Shown here: in pieces, positions 39,434-54,760 of the stretch
Layout of the letters: every line of letters begins with the position of its first letter
How positions within the stretch are numbered: the stretch's first letter is position 1
Assembly: GCA_000004695.1 (NCBI GenBank)
Contig: CM000155.2
Location: forward strand, 2,240,001 to 2,304,000
From: Dictyostelium discoideum
Lineage: Eukaryota
DNA: 64,000 bases
Direction of reading: 5' to 3'
Notes under the pieces: model-generated
The model's database searches: none
What the model saw: the letters and a program-made list of their open reading frames with translations, nothing else
What the model was told of the DNA's origin: nothing
Translations under genes and position numbers: made by a program

Positions 39434-40234
39434 CTTTTTCTAAAAACCTAAAAAGGATTACAAAATCAAATAAATATTAACTTTTTTTGGTTACATAATA
39501 AAAAATATACAACCAAAAAAAAAAAAAAAAAAAATAATTATATTTAATATTAAATAAAAAACAGGAATTTAAATTTTTTAATTTTTTTTTAATTTTTTAT
39601 TTGGTTTTATTTAAAGAATGTACTCTTTATGAGAAGCCTCAATTTAAAGGAAATGAAAATCAAGGGTTGATTTAAGTCACGTTAAGAGAATTGTTCTCAG
39701 TTGACTCATTTGGAAAATTTTTCATAGCACAGCTCAAAAATTTCCGGTAAAGTAACTTTGTGATATAAAAAATCTATGAATTGTTAAAAAATGTTATTTA
39801 GATTATCCTTTGATATTTTCTTATTATGGGTTTTTTTTTTTTTTTTTAAAATTTTTTTTTTTTAATTTTTTTTTAATTTTTTTTTTTCTTTTTTTATTTT
39901 TTTATTTTTTTATTTTTATTTTTGTTTTTTTTTTTTTTAAATTAAATAAAATAATTTTTTTATTTTTCCAACGATTCTATAAATATTTTTTTGTTTTGTT
40001 TTGTTTAAACATATTTTTTTGTTTTGTTTTTTTTTATTTTCTTATAAAATAATATTTTAAAAATATAAAAAAAATAATATTTAAAACACTTTCCCATAAA
40101 ATTCACAAAAAGGGTTTTTTTTTTTATTTTTTTTTTTTTAATTTTTTTAAATATAAGTTATTAAAAAAAAAAAAAAAAAATGACATAACATAAAGCTAAA
40201 AAAAAAATCAAAACAAAAAAAAAAAAAAAGGAAA

Positions 40235-42724
<2,490 letters not shown>

Positions 42725-42810
42725 AAAAATAAAATAAAATAAAAAGTTATTTATTATTTATTATTTATTATTTATTATTTATTATTTATTATTTATTATT
42801 TACAAGTTTA

Positions 42811-43293
42811 TTATTTCTTATTATTTTCTAAAAAATGAGGGAAAAAGAAATTAATTTCATCAATTGCTTCTTCTTCAGAACCAGATCCATGGAATGCATT
42901 TCTTGTATCTGAAGTACCATATTCACCTCTTAAACATCCAATTTGTTCTCTTGCTTTATCTCTGTGTGTTGGACCAATAAAATCTCTCCAAGGTTTTATA
43001 CTAGTATTATTATTATTATTGTTATTGTTATTATTAATTTCTAAAGATTTATCAGATAATATTAAAGGTATTATATCACCTCTAGTCATGAATGATATTA
43101 ATCTTTCATAGAAAAATTTTCCTCTATGATCTTTATAAAATTGTTCTGCTTCTTCTAAGGATAATTTAATTTGCTTTCTTTGGTGTATTATAAATTTTGA
43201 TTCTATTTTATTTATAATTTTATCTACATTTTGATTTTGTTTTACTAATATATCTGGTTTTATAATTGCAAGAGTATATTTAAATTTATTCAT
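42811..43293 (-). CDS. Nucleoside diphosphate kinase (NDK) fold protein, 160 aa (NME5/7-like rather than housekeeping NDK), with a poly-Asn insertion
   Basis: TLAIIKPDILVK...EEAEQFYKDHRGKFFYERLISFMTRGDIIPLIL...WRDFIGPT...IGCLRGEYGTSDTRNAFHGSGSEEEAIDEINFFFP matches NDK motifs (T.A.IKPD, FY..H..K.FF..L..FM.SG, WR...GPT, R..FG....N..HGSDS.E.A.REI.FFF). The catalytic His context NAFHGSGS is retained. Confidence 0.65.
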   Translation of the reverse strand: MNKFKYTLAIIKPDILVKQNQNVDKIINKIESKFIIHQRKQIKLSLEEAEQFYKDHRGKFFYERLISFMTRGDIIPLILSDKSLEINNNNNNNNNNTSIKPWRDFIGPTHRDKAREQIGCLRGEYGTSDTRNAFHGSGSEEEAIDEINFFFPHFLENNKK

Positions 43294-43487
43294 TTTCCAA
43301 TTCTATCCGTTTTTTATTTATCCTTTTATTTTTAATTTTTTGAAAAAAAAGTTTTAAGCAAAAGGTTTTTTCGTGAAAATAAAAAAAAAAGAAATAAAAA
43401 AAAAAATGAAAAATTAAAAAAATCTTTTTTTTTTTTTTTCTTTTTTTTTTTATAAATAATATTTTTTTTTACAACAACTAAAATAAC

Positions 43488-44143
43488 ATGTTAAGAATTG
43501 TTGTAAAAAATGTTAATAAATATTTAAATTGTTCAATTTCTAAAAATAAAAATTTAACTATAAATAGAATTGGATTACAAATTAAATCATTTTATTCAAC
43601 AACAGCAATAAACACACAAACATATAATTCCAAAGTAATATATAAACTAAAAGATGGATCTAAAAAAGAAATTCAATTAGAATATGAGGAAGAAAAAGAA
43701 AAAGAAAAAGAAAAAGAGAAAGAAAATGAAGAGGAAGATGAAAATAAATTAAAATTAATAGACGATAATTTATTAAAAAATATAAAAGAAATGGATATTG
43801 ATTTCGATGAAAAGTTAGAAGGTTTAGTTGAAAGAGCGCCACAAATTTATTCAGAAACATATGTTATAGAAGACAAATATAAATGGAGTGTACACCACAA
43901 TAACTATTTGGACCTTTTGCTACAACCTTTTCAAACTTTTTATAAAGATAAAGTTCTCAGTAAACTTCAAGTCCTTAATTTAGGAATCGCTCACCCTAGG
44001 GAATTCGATTTCCTACCAACATCACCACTTTTAAAAACTTTTCGTTGGGGTGACTTGGAATCTTTAAGATTCCTTTTTAATTTTATTGCAAAGTAAGTTT
44101 TATTATTATTATTTAATATTATTACTTCGGGTTATTTTGTTAA

Positions 44144-44182
<39 letters not shown>

Positions 44183-45980
44183 GGAGAGAGGGTTTTAAAA
44201 GTTTAGATGATTGGTATAAGCAAGATATTTATTCAATTCATCGTATATATCAATTACAAAGAATTAGAAATCAATATGCTCCATTAAACATTCCTTCACT
44301 TTTAACGCATATTTATCCATATCATAATTGGGATACAAGAAAGTTTACATTAAAAGTAATAGTAATATCAGCATCAACTCAAATAATTCAAAGAATACTT
44401 AAAGAACTTGGATATATTAGTAAAGTTGAGCCATATCCAATTCCCAACCCTATTAAACCATTACCTATATCATTGCATCACCAGATCATGTATAAAAATT
44501 ATTTTGCACAACATAGGGTAAAAAACTTAATATTATTGACTCAGAATTTTAAATTAGATTATTTTAGTTTGTATGATCATTTATCATTATATAAAATTGG
44601 TGACTATACTAATGATCAAATAAATAATAATGAAAATAATGAAAATAATAATAATAATGAAAATAATGAAAATAATAAAAATAATGAAAATGATTTTGTA
44701 ATGCGTAAAAAACTATTTAAACTAAAAGAAGAGTTTAAAAAAAATCCATATAAAGTGGATAAAGAGAAAGTATATGCAATTGATTTCAATAATAATAGAC
44801 CATATCTTATTTATGATTCAATCACTCGTTCTATTAGTTTTATTTGTTTTTTTCATCCATATTTAAAACCATGGTTATTCAAGTATCAAGATTTTGAAAG
44901 TGAAAGAGAATATTCACAATTAATGATCAAAGAGATTGAAGAGAGATTCAATATTGTAGGACCATCTCAATGGTATGATTTAAAATATAGTAAAGAGTTG
45001 GAGGAATTGTTACCAAAAGATTGGCATTATTGTTTGAATTTCATTCAATATTTGAATATCAAGTATCCATCATTCAATTTTCAATCGAATAAATTTAAAG
45101 ATCAAAAGATTTTTGAAAAGTTTTATTACACTCCCACTACTCGCTTCATTAAATCGGTCTTGGATGAATTTCTCTTGTCAAATGATTTTAAAGAAATTTC
45201 CGACTTGTGGGGACATTCCAGTGTTGAACATATGTTGACTGAAAGATTAAGAACAGAATTAAAACTTCCTTTTAGATTAGCCTATTTAGCTCAACTTTAC
45301 CCTTTTGTTCATCCTGAAAGAAATTTTGGTCCGGAACCACCACCAAAACTAGCTATTCACAAAGGATCTTTGATTGAAATGGTTGCAAAAGAAAATCTAT
45401 CAATGGAGGATTTATACAAATTAGATAAAATCAATGCCTTAAAAAAAGAGAATCTAATCCAATCTACTATTAGATCTGTATTTCCAGATTATGATTGGAT
45501 TGACTTGAAATTTCCTATCAAACCAAATCAAATAACCAAATTTAGGAAAAATAAGATTGCCATTCAATATTACAATTACCTTGCAAAAAAATATTCTTTT
45601 GCTCATCCATTGGATTTGATATCAATCATCAGTACTATCGATAGTACTTCAATAGATGGTCTTGCCAATAAAAGATTCATTGAATTTGGTCTCTTTAATC
45701 ATATTATTGCCAAATCTATTGGTATGGAGGATTTTCCAAACGTTACTTCTTTACCATTCGATGATTCTATGATTAATAGTTATTTTAGAAAGATTTTAAA
45801 TCTAACTGATGGTATGCTCTTTTTTTTTTTTTTTTTTTTTTTAAAATTTTAATAATAATAATAATTTTACAAATATTAACAACCTTCTTTTTTTTTTTTC
45901 AATTATTAGAAGACATTGGTATCAATATTAATAGATTCACTGTTTTTTCAGAATTGTTAAAAAAACAAGTTAAAAAATAA
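43488..45980 (+). CDS. Hypothetical 767 aa protein, possibly mitochondrial, with a presequence-like N-terminus MLRIVVKNVNKYLNCSISKNKNLTINRIGLQIKSFYSTTAINT. It has 3 exons: 43488..44092, 44184..45811 and 45910..45980.
   Basis: Two adjacent ORF-track ORFs (43488..44096 and 44086..45852) are joined by GCAAA|GTAAGT and ...AAAAAG|G, which reconstitutes AAG. A third short exon follows the donor GAT G|GTATGC, and the acceptor TTATTAG|AA gives ...NLTDEDIGININRFTVFSELLKKQVKK*. I recognised no conserved family. It contains a short ENN/NNE repeat. Confidence 0.5.
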
Positions 45981-46131
45981 AATTTATTCCTCTTTTTATT
46001 TTCAACAAAAAACATTATTTTTTTATTTTTATATTTATATAAAATTATATATAATTATTTAAATTATGAAAATAAAAAATTATATTTAATTGCAATATAA
46101 AATTTGCTAATAAAATTTATAAAAATATCAA

Positions 46132-46204
46132 GGTTTTATAGTGTAATTGGTTAGCACCCAGGACTTTGAATCCTGTAATCTGAGTTCGAGTCTCAGTAGA
46201 ACCA
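46132..46204 (+). tRNA. tRNA-Gln (anticodon UUG)
   Basis: GGTTTTATAGTGTAATTGGTTAGCACCCAGGACTTTGAATCCTGTAATCTGAGTTCGAGTCTCAGTAGAACCA forms a cloverleaf. Acceptor GGTTTTA pairs with TAGAACC. The anticodon stem CAGGA/TCCTG has loop CTTTGAA, and the T arm is CTGAG-TTCGAGT-CTCAG. A T6 terminator follows. It closely resembles the eukaryotic tRNA-Gln(UUG) consensus. Confidence 0.88.
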
Positions 46205-46338
46205 TTTTTTTTTCTTAAAAATATTTTGACAGGTCACAGGTTCAAATCTTAAATTGGGTATCTACATAAAAAAAAATAAAGAAATAAATTTTGAGTAAAG
46301 ATCAAAAAAAGATTTTACACATTTTTTAAAATTTTTAA

Positions 46339-48074
46339 TTAAAAATTTGAAAAATTTAAATTTTTATTATTATTAAAATCATCTATTATTAAAGGTTTAT
46401 AACCATTAAATGACACACCAAAATTTTTTAAAAATTTATATTGAATGTCGGATAACTTAAATTGGTTTTCAATAACTGTTTGCTGATTTGATTTGTTTCT
46501 TTTTATATTTATTAAATATTCTAATAGAGAGTCATTTTGTAATTTTACAGATGATTTTAAAATTCTAATTAAAAGGTCACAAAATTCATTTTTAGATAAT
46601 AAAATAAAATCAATTAGTTTGATAGTGAAATAGTGATTATTGGATTGAATGAAAATTTCAAATATATATTCAATTTCCTTTTCACAGAAAAAACCAATTG
46701 AAATTAAATATAAAATAACCCTAGGGTTTGAAGCCAATAAATCATGTAATAATCTTTTCTTAAATGAGTTGCTTTTGTTTAAAACCAATTGTTTCTTTAA
46801 ATACTGATCAATAAAAAAGACCCAATTATTATTTATACAAAGAAATAAAATATTTAAAAATTCATTCTTTTCAAATTGAATTTGATTTTCAGAGTTTGAA
46901 ATTTCGGTTGACCACTTTTTTAAAATAAAAGGTAAAAGTTTTTTATTTGATTGATCATTACTTTCAAATAAATGATGATTTAAAGTTTTTGTTTTATATT
47001 CGAAGGTTTTTTTTGAAATGTAATCATTAAAGTATGGAAGACTATTCAATTTATTAAAAAATTTACATCTTGATACTCTGCAAAGAGGAGGTGATTGTAA
47101 TAATCTTTCAAACATATTTTCAAATAGATTTTTATTATCTTGAATCTTTAATGTTTTAACAAAATTCAAATTCAAGTTATTGAATAGTAATTGTTGATCA
47201 TATTTAATTGAGGATTCTAATAAAGCAAAATAATTATATACACTATTAATAATTTGAGATTGATTCTCGATTGAGGTTAATTGAATTTTAAAGTGATCAA
47301 ACCAATAATTTTCAAATAAATAATTTAAAATTTCTTGATGATTTTCATTTGCTACAGATATTAATAAAGTTAGCGGTGGTTTATAATATTTAGTATATAG
47401 TTTTACTAAAGGTAAATCATTTTGAATGGAAAATGTACGATTTGAATCAAAAATCTTTTGAAGATTTATACCATTTTTTAAAAAGAATTGAAACTTTTCA
47501 ACTGTTAAATATTCAGATGATGATAAACCTCTCCATATTGTCGTTGGTGCTTTCTTTGAAAGTTCAATTGCATTTGATAAATCATTATTTATACATGTTG
47601 GTAAAAATTTAATATTATTTATTAATGAATCGAATGCACGAGTTTTTAAAATGTATTGAGCAATACTTGGATCTTTAACTATAATTGAACTGGTATAGGA
47701 ATTCTTTAATTTCTTTATAAAATCATCAGGTAAAGAAATCATAACTTTTAAAAGTACCAACATTGATGATTTCATTAATGAACATGGTCTAATTTTAAAT
47801 TGATCAATGGTTTTAATTGAAACTTTTGTATCATAAACTTTTATTTTCGAATCAAAAGGATCCATATTTGAATTTAATTTTTTCTTAAAAATTTCTAAAA
47901 CCATTTTAAACATAAATTCATCACTGTATTCTATAATCTTTTCTAAAAATGTTAAATTTGAAGAATTTGATTCAAATAAACCAATTTTATTCAATACCAT
48001 AGGTCCAAACTCTTTTGATAATTTCTTTTCAACAATTTTTTCTAAAACTTTAAAAATTGATTCTTCAAAATTTA

Positions 48075-48129
<55 letters not shown>

Positions 48130-48645
48130 GTTATTAGCTTGAGGAGTTATTAAATCTAATAAAATTTTAAATCTTCTTTTAGAATCACAACTTGATGAGA
48201 ATGAAAATTTTTCTAAATTTTTACAATCATAAATTGTTGGATTAAATATATCTACAATAAATTTCAATGTTTCATAATTTTCTATTGAAACTAATAATGA
48301 ATCTAAAGAATTTGAAACTTTTTTAAATTGTTGTTCAATTTCAAATTGAAAAATCTTATAAATCTTGTAAAATATTTGAAAATCTAATTCCTTCCATTTA
48401 AATAATTTATATAAACAATAATAATTAAAATTTATAAAATGTTTATAATTATCTTTTTGAGAATTTTCAAATAAATAATTTAATTTCTCTATTAATAAAA
48501 CTTCATTCTTGGTTTTAATTATTAATGAAAGTGGAAATTCATAATAATTATATGTTAGATAATATTGATTACTAATTTTTAAAAATTGAAAAATTTTTTT
48601 CCTTAAAAATGAATTTCTATAAACTTTAAAAAATAAATCTCCCAT
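46339..48645 (-). CDS. Member 1 of a tandem lineage-specific paralog family, 768 aa (MGDLFFKVYRNSFLRKKIFQFLKISNQYYLTYNYYEFPLSLIIKTKNEVLLIEKLNYLFEN...). It is the most divergent copy and contains an N18 tract.
   Basis: It shares the roughly 100 aa N-terminal domain (LFxxVFxNxYLxxKIxxYI ... YNYY(D/E)FPLELxLKTKNxxLLIEKL ... FxxxCLxxLxxWxEL) and dispersed C-terminal similarity with the ORFs at 49490, 52229, 55609 and 58560. No known domain was recognised. Confidence 0.7.
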
Positions 48646-48715
48646 TTTAAATTTGTACTGTGCTTATTTAAAAAAAAAAAAAAAAAAGAAAAAATCAAAA
48701 AAAAAAAAAAAAAAA

Positions 48716-48748
<33 letters not shown>

Positions 48749-49489
48749 TAAAGATTTAATTATTTTATAAATAGAAAATTTAAAAAAAATTATTGTCCTT
48801 TTATTTTAAATTAAATATTAAATAAATAAAAATAAACATATACATATATATTAATTTTTGGTGATTATAAATTCAATCTTTAGCTTTATTACAAAAAAAA
48901 GTGGGTGAAAATAAGAAATTGTTTTTTTTTTATTTTTATTTTTTTTTCATTTTTTTTTTTATTTTTTTTTTAAAAAAGATAAAACATTGTTATTAACTTT
49001 TTTTTTATATCTTAAAATCATTAAGAGTTTCTAATTAAAAAAAAAAAAAAAAATTAAAAATAGAAATAAATAATAATAACTATTTTTTGAAATTATCAAT
49101 CTATTTTTATCTTTTTTTTTTTCAATTATCTAATTTGGGATATCTAAATTAAATTCCAAGATTAAAATAGTGTGTTATTGTTGGTTGATTCAATACCCCA
49201 AAAAAAATAAAAAAAAAAATAATAAAAAATCAGGTTCACTTAGAGACACTAGTTCTCATTAGTCGGGTCATTTTTTTTTTTTATTTCTTAAATTAATTGT
49301 GTTCAATTTTTTTTTTTTTTTTTTTTTTTTTAATAACCTTCTATATTTTGTTAATAAACTTTGAAATGTTCAACTATTTTTTTTTAAAAGTTTAAACTCT
49401 TTTTAATACAAATAAATAATAAAGGGTTATTTTCAAAATAAATTAAAATTAATAATTATTTTTTTTTTTTTTTTTTTTGAAGATAAATT

Positions 49490-51814
49490 TTATTTAAAAG
49501 TTAAAGAATAATTAAAAATAGTATTTAAATTTTTAATGAAAAAATTATAATGTTGAGAAGAAGTTTTTTTTGATAAATAATTAATTTTTGAATTATTAAT
49601 TGATAAATGACCAATTAAAAATAATTTAATTAAAATTTTATGTAAAATAAAACTATTACCTAGTTTTCTTTCTAATGAAATTGAACAAAATGATAAATCA
49701 TTTAAAAAACCACCATTATAAACAGAAATGAACAAAAGTTCAACATTTAAAGAAAAACCAAAAGATTTAATTTGAGAATTTGTAAAGATAATCGAATTTA
49801 AAATTGCAAAACGAATAATATTTAATGCAAAGGTTTTTGATCTCCATTTCGAAAGTCCTTTTAAAATATTTTCATTTGAAATTAATTGAGCAATTACAAA
49901 TTTAGAATTTTTTTTATTTATTTTACTAATTGAACTATAGATTTGACCTAAAATTTCGAAAACCATATTAGATACGATATCAGTATACACCTTTCTCAAT
50001 TGAGAATTGTAAAGCCACTTTCTTGCAGTTCCTGGGTTACTTTTTAACCATGACACAAACTCTGGATTAAATTTAAAATTTAGTATACTAATATCATAGA
50101 TTTTATTATCATCTTCTTGATTAAAAAAAAAAGAAGACCTTTCATCAAGTTCTACATAATGTTGTAAAATTATTGGTGAAATGTAATTAAAAAGGTCAAT
50201 TAAATTACATTGAATTGAATGAATTAACAATAAAATAAGATTTGTTTTAAAAAGTGATGGAGATGATCCATCACCAAAGCATATATTACCATGGTTGATA
50301 ATATTCTCTAAAAAACATTTATGTAATTCTTTATTACTACTACTACTGCCAGATTCAAATGCTTTTTTAATTTGATTATAATTATACTTTTTTGGAAACC
50401 TTTTAAAATAAGATTTTAATGCATTCACATCTTGATTCTTGATAATAACATTAAGAATTTCTAATGGATTATAAAAAAATGGTATTTCTTTTTCAAAAAG
50501 ATTTGATTCTATCATTTCTTTATTAACTGATTGTAAAAAGTAGTAATCAATATATTTGTGTTGTGGGAGTGGTAAAGTCTCAAACTTGACCTGTTCTCTT
50601 TTTCCAATTTTTCTAAGTTGGTAATCACAAACCCAAGAGATTTTAACATTATATAAGTTTTTTAATTCTTCAAAATAATTATCATTTAACCATATTGCTA
50701 CATCTGAATCATATATTAATCTTTGTTTGTGAATTGGTTCTTTATCTCTTTGAAAATATTTCCAGTAAAAATTTTTACATAAAACTTTTACAATATCTAG
50801 GTTAAAACTTTCAAAAATAAATCCAATTGGTATATCGAATGATTCCAATATCGATCTCTCTATACTAATTCCTAATAATTTCACAATTTCATCATTATTT
50901 TCTAATAGTGCTAAAGGTAACTTTGTTGGTGGTAGTGGTGTATATTTATATTTTTCTAATAATAATTTAAGCATAAATTGATCTTGGTATTTACTAATTG
51001 CACTAAATAAATTATTTATTGCTGAATAGAATGGATCATACAATATTTGAAATTTATTTGGGAAATATTCTAAAATTAGTGAACCAAATAGTTTTGATTG
51101 ATTTGTTTTAATTATATACTCTAAATAATGTACCAATTCTCTGAATGATACATCAATTTTTAATTCACTAAGGATGTATCTAAAAATTTCTTTTTTCTTT
51201 TTAATTTCATCATCATCATCATCATCATCACCATTTACTGTTCTTTTAAATTTATCAAACATTTTAAATATTGGTTCTATATCTATGGTTTCAATTTCGA
51301 GATACTTATTATTTATCAAGTATTTAAGTTTCTTTAAATCACAAATACCAATTATAATTGAATTATAATCAATTCTAACCAATCGAGCTATATATGGACT
51401 ATTATAATTTAATTTATTATGATATTTAATTTCCTTATTGGTTTTTTTAATTTGTTTATTAATTTCTGTTATTTCATTTTTAAATGTTTCAAAAACAATT
51501 TCAAATAATTCAAATGGTAATTCCCTCCATTTATATAATCTTTTTAAACAATATTCACTAAAATTTAAAAAATGTTTACTTTCTATTATTGATTTATTAT
51601 TATTATTATTATTATTATTTTTAAAATATTTATTATAATTATTTATTTTTTCAATTAATAATGGTTGATTTTTTGTTTTTAATATTAATTCAAGTGGGAA
51701 ATCATAATAGTTATATCCAATATATGTTTGTTCTTTATTGTGTTGTGTAATATATGAATAGATTTTATTGATTAAATATTTATTTTTGAATACTTTATAA
51801 AATAAAAAATCCAT
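49490..51814 (-). CDS. Member 2 of the paralog family, about 774 aa. It most likely starts at MDFLFYKVFKNKYL (ATG 51814). In-frame ATGs at 51821 and 51847 lie within an inverted-repeat arm.
   Basis: The ORF-track ORF 49490..51847 begins MIIFSPNPNMKMDFLF..., and the other paralogs begin MDLLF/MGDLFF. The N-terminal domain is conserved (YNYYDFPLELILKTKNQPLLIEKINNY). It lacks the Pro/Thr linker (YKYTPLPPTKLPLALLENNDEIVKLLGISIERS). Confidence 0.7.
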   Translation of the reverse strand: MDFLFYKVFKNKYLINKIYSYITQHNKEQTYIGYNYYDFPLELILKTKNQPLLIEKINNYNKYFKNNNNNNNNKSIIESKHFLNFSEYCLKRLYKWRELPFELFEIVFETFKNEITEINKQIKKTNKEIKYHNKLNYNSPYIARLVRIDYNSIIIGICDLKKLKYLINNKYLEIETIDIEPIFKMFDKFKRTVNGDDDDDDDEIKKKKEIFRYILSELKIDVSFRELVHYLEYIIKTNQSKLFGSLILEYFPNKFQILYDPFYSAINNLFSAISKYQDQFMLKLLLEKYKYTPLPPTKLPLALLENNDEIVKLLGISIERSILESFDIPIGFIFESFNLDIVKVLCKNFYWKYFQRDKEPIHKQRLIYDSDVAIWLNDNYFEELKNLYNVKISWVCDYQLRKIGKREQVKFETLPLPQHKYIDYYFLQSVNKEMIESNLFEKEIPFFYNPLEILNVIIKNQDVNALKSYFKRFPKKYNYNQIKKAFESGSSSSNKELHKCFLENIINHGNICFGDGSSPSLFKTNLILLLIHSIQCNLIDLFNYISPIILQHYVELDERSSFFFNQEDDNKIYDISILNFKFNPEFVSWLKSNPGTARKWLYNSQLRKVYTDIVSNMVFEILGQIYSSISKINKKNSKFVIAQLISNENILKGLSKWRSKTFALNIIRFAILNSIIFTNSQIKSFGFSLNVELLFISVYNGGFLNDLSFCSISLERKLGNSFILHKILIKLFLIGHLSINNSKINYLSKKTSSQHYNFFIKNLNTIFNYSLTFK

Positions 51815-52216
51815 TTTCATGTTTGGGTTGGGGGAGAAAATGATCATTTTTATTTTTTTTTTTTTTTTTTTATTTTTTTTTTTTTTTTATTAATTTATTA
51901 ATAAAAATTTTTTTTTTTTAACTTATTTTTTATTTTTTATTTTTTTATTTTTTTTTTTTTTTTTGTGATTTAATTTTATTTTTAGTATGAATTTAGTGGA
52001 GAGAACTCAAAATACACACGATATAATATATAAAAATTAATGTAATCATTCTGTTTATTTTTTTTGTTTTTTTTTTTTTATTTTTAGAATTCAATTATTT
52101 ATCATTCTTTTTTTTATGTAATTGTTTTTTTTTATTTTGAAAAGAGAGGGAATATATTTTATATCAATGATAAAAAAAAAAAAAAAAAAGATCATTTTCT
52201 CCCCCAACCCAAACAT
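51815..52216. repeat. MITE-like structure: a perfect 27 bp inverted repeat (atgtttgggttgggggagaaaatgatc / gatcattttctcccccaacccaaacat) flanking a roughly 340 bp AT-rich spacer
   Basis: Arm A at about 51822..51848 overlaps the 5' end of the member-2 ORF. Arm B at about 52189..52215 lies just 3' of member 3's stop (52229). The arms are exact reverse complements of each other. Confidence 0.55.
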
Positions 52217-52228
52217 TTTTTTTTTTAT

Positions 52229-52631
52229 TTAAAATTTTAATTTATTAAAATTTTTATTAAAAATAGTAATATTGTTATAACTAGCATTATGTATCATTGA
52301 AAAAGAAAATAATGCATTGATTTCTGGAAATTTATTTGTTGATGATATTGTTCTTAATAAACAATTATCTACATTTTTAAATGACATATATCCATTAAAA
52401 AACATTTTAATTAAAATTTTATGAAATACAAATCCTTTACCATTATTTTTATCCAAAAATGGTCTACAACATAATATTTCATTAATACTATTTTCATAAA
52501 ATGATTTTACCAAATTTTCATCATCGAAACCAAATGATTTGAATTGATTATCTGAATCTAAAACAATACCATTAATAACAGCAAAACGAATGATATTTAA
52601 AGGAATATTTTTCAAATCCTTTTTATTTTCA

Positions 52632-52669
<38 letters not shown>

Positions 52670-52673
52670 TTTA

Positions 52674-52768
<95 letters not shown>

Positions 52769-54702
52769 TTTATGATTATTATTATTAATATTTTCATACA
52801 TAATTTGATTTGATGTTAATTCTCTAATGATAAACTTTGAATCTGATTTTAAAGTTTTATTAATAATTTTATAATCAACTTTTTCATTTAAAATTTGAAA
52901 GACAGTGTGTGATAATGCATCAAAATAAAATGATTTTAAATGTGAATTGAAAAACCATTTTCTTGAGATATTATTATTTTTAGCACTTTTTAAACATTTA
53001 ATAAATTGGTGATTATATATAAAATCTTTTAAAGTAATCTTTTCATTATTCTTTATTGCTAATGAAATAAAATTAAAAAGTTCAAAAGAACCATAATCAA
53101 CACATGAAGCCAAAAATGAAATAATTGAATTCATATTATGATTTTTTGGAAAATTACAATTAAATATATTTTCTATAAAACAATTAAATAATTGTTTATT
53201 TCCACTATAAAATGCACTATTAACTTGATCGAAATTGTAATAATTTGGAAAAATATTAAAATAAGCAATCAATACTTCAACATTTTCTTCCTTTATTATA
53301 ATATCAACTAATGATGTTAAAAATGAATATTTATTATGAAGTTGTGCTAAAATTGAATATTCATTATAATTATTATTATTATTATTATTATGCTGTTGTA
53401 CTAAAAATTGTTCAGACTCTATCATTTCTTTATTGATAAAATCAAAATAACAATTTGCAATATATTGAAAAGTTTCAAATTTAACCTGTTCCCTTTTATT
53501 ATTGATTCTTAAATGTAAATCACATAGACATGAGATTTTAATTTCGTTTTTCTTTTTTTTTAATAATAAAAAATAATTATCACTTAAAAACAATGCAATT
53601 TTAGGGTCATATATTATTTGAATAGTTGAATTTCTATAAAATCTATCTGTTGTTTCATTGAATAAACTTGATTTTAATGCTTCACAAAGTACCTTTACAA
53701 TTTCTAAATCAAAATTGTTTAAAATAAATTCAAGTGGAAAATTCATTGCTTCTAAAGTTGATTTACTTATTCTAATACCTAACAATGTAAAAATTTCTGA
53801 TTCAGTTGTTGGTGTTAGTGTTGGTGTTGCTGTTGGTGGTGCAAGTGTTGTTGTTGTTGTTGTTTTTGTTGATGATGATGGTGGTGCAGGTGTTGTTGGT
53901 GCAAGTGTTGTTAGTGTTGGTGTTGGTGGTGGGGGTGGTGGTGGTGTTGGTGTTGTTGGTGGCGCAAGTGTTGTTAGTGTTAGTGTTGGTGTTGGTGTTG
54001 GTGTTGGTGTTGGTGTTGGTGTTGGTGTTGGTGGTGTTGGTGGTGTTGGTGGTGGTGTATATTTATATTTTTCTAATAATAATTTAAATATATATTGGTC
54101 TTTGTATTTAGAAATTATTTGAAATACATTGGTTAATTGATTATGTATAATTGGTAATTCTTTTGGGAATAAATCTATAATTTGTTTTCCAAAAATTTTC
54201 GATTGATCTTTAATCATAATTTCACATAAATATGTTGTTAATTGAGTAAATGATAAATCAATTTTAGATTCGTTTATTAAATATTGAAATATTTCTTTTA
54301 ATTTTATTTCTTCATCATGATGATCATGATTCACTTGGATTCTATAAATCATTTTTCTTTTTCTTTTTAATTTTCTTGAATGTATTAAACTAAAAACTGA
54401 ATTGATATTGATTGACTCAGTTTCGAGTAATTGATTATTTATTATATATTTGAGTTTATCTAAATCTCCATTAATGATTAGATAACTATGGTATAGTATT
54501 TTTTCTTTTCCATATTTATTTATTTTAATTTTTCCAATTATTTTTTCAATTTCTTTTTTAAATGTTTGAAAAATAAGTTCAAATAATTCTAATGATAATT
54601 CACTCCATTTATATAATAGTTTTAAACATTGTTCATTAAATGTTAAAAAATGTTTACTATTTAATATTGATATTTCTGAATATTTATTATTTTTATTATT
54701 AC

Positions 54703-54760
<58 letters not shown>

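Noticed and set aside
53806-54087. (GGTGTT)n / (GTTGGT)n array and poly-V/G/L ORFs on the plus strand (53658..54122, 53806..54087, 56771..57079, 59899..60222), which superficially resemble a repeat array
   Set aside because: They are the antisense of the Pro/Thr-linker coding repeats of paralogs 3-5. The units are 6 nt codon repeats with no spacers, so this is not CRISPR and not an independent gene.
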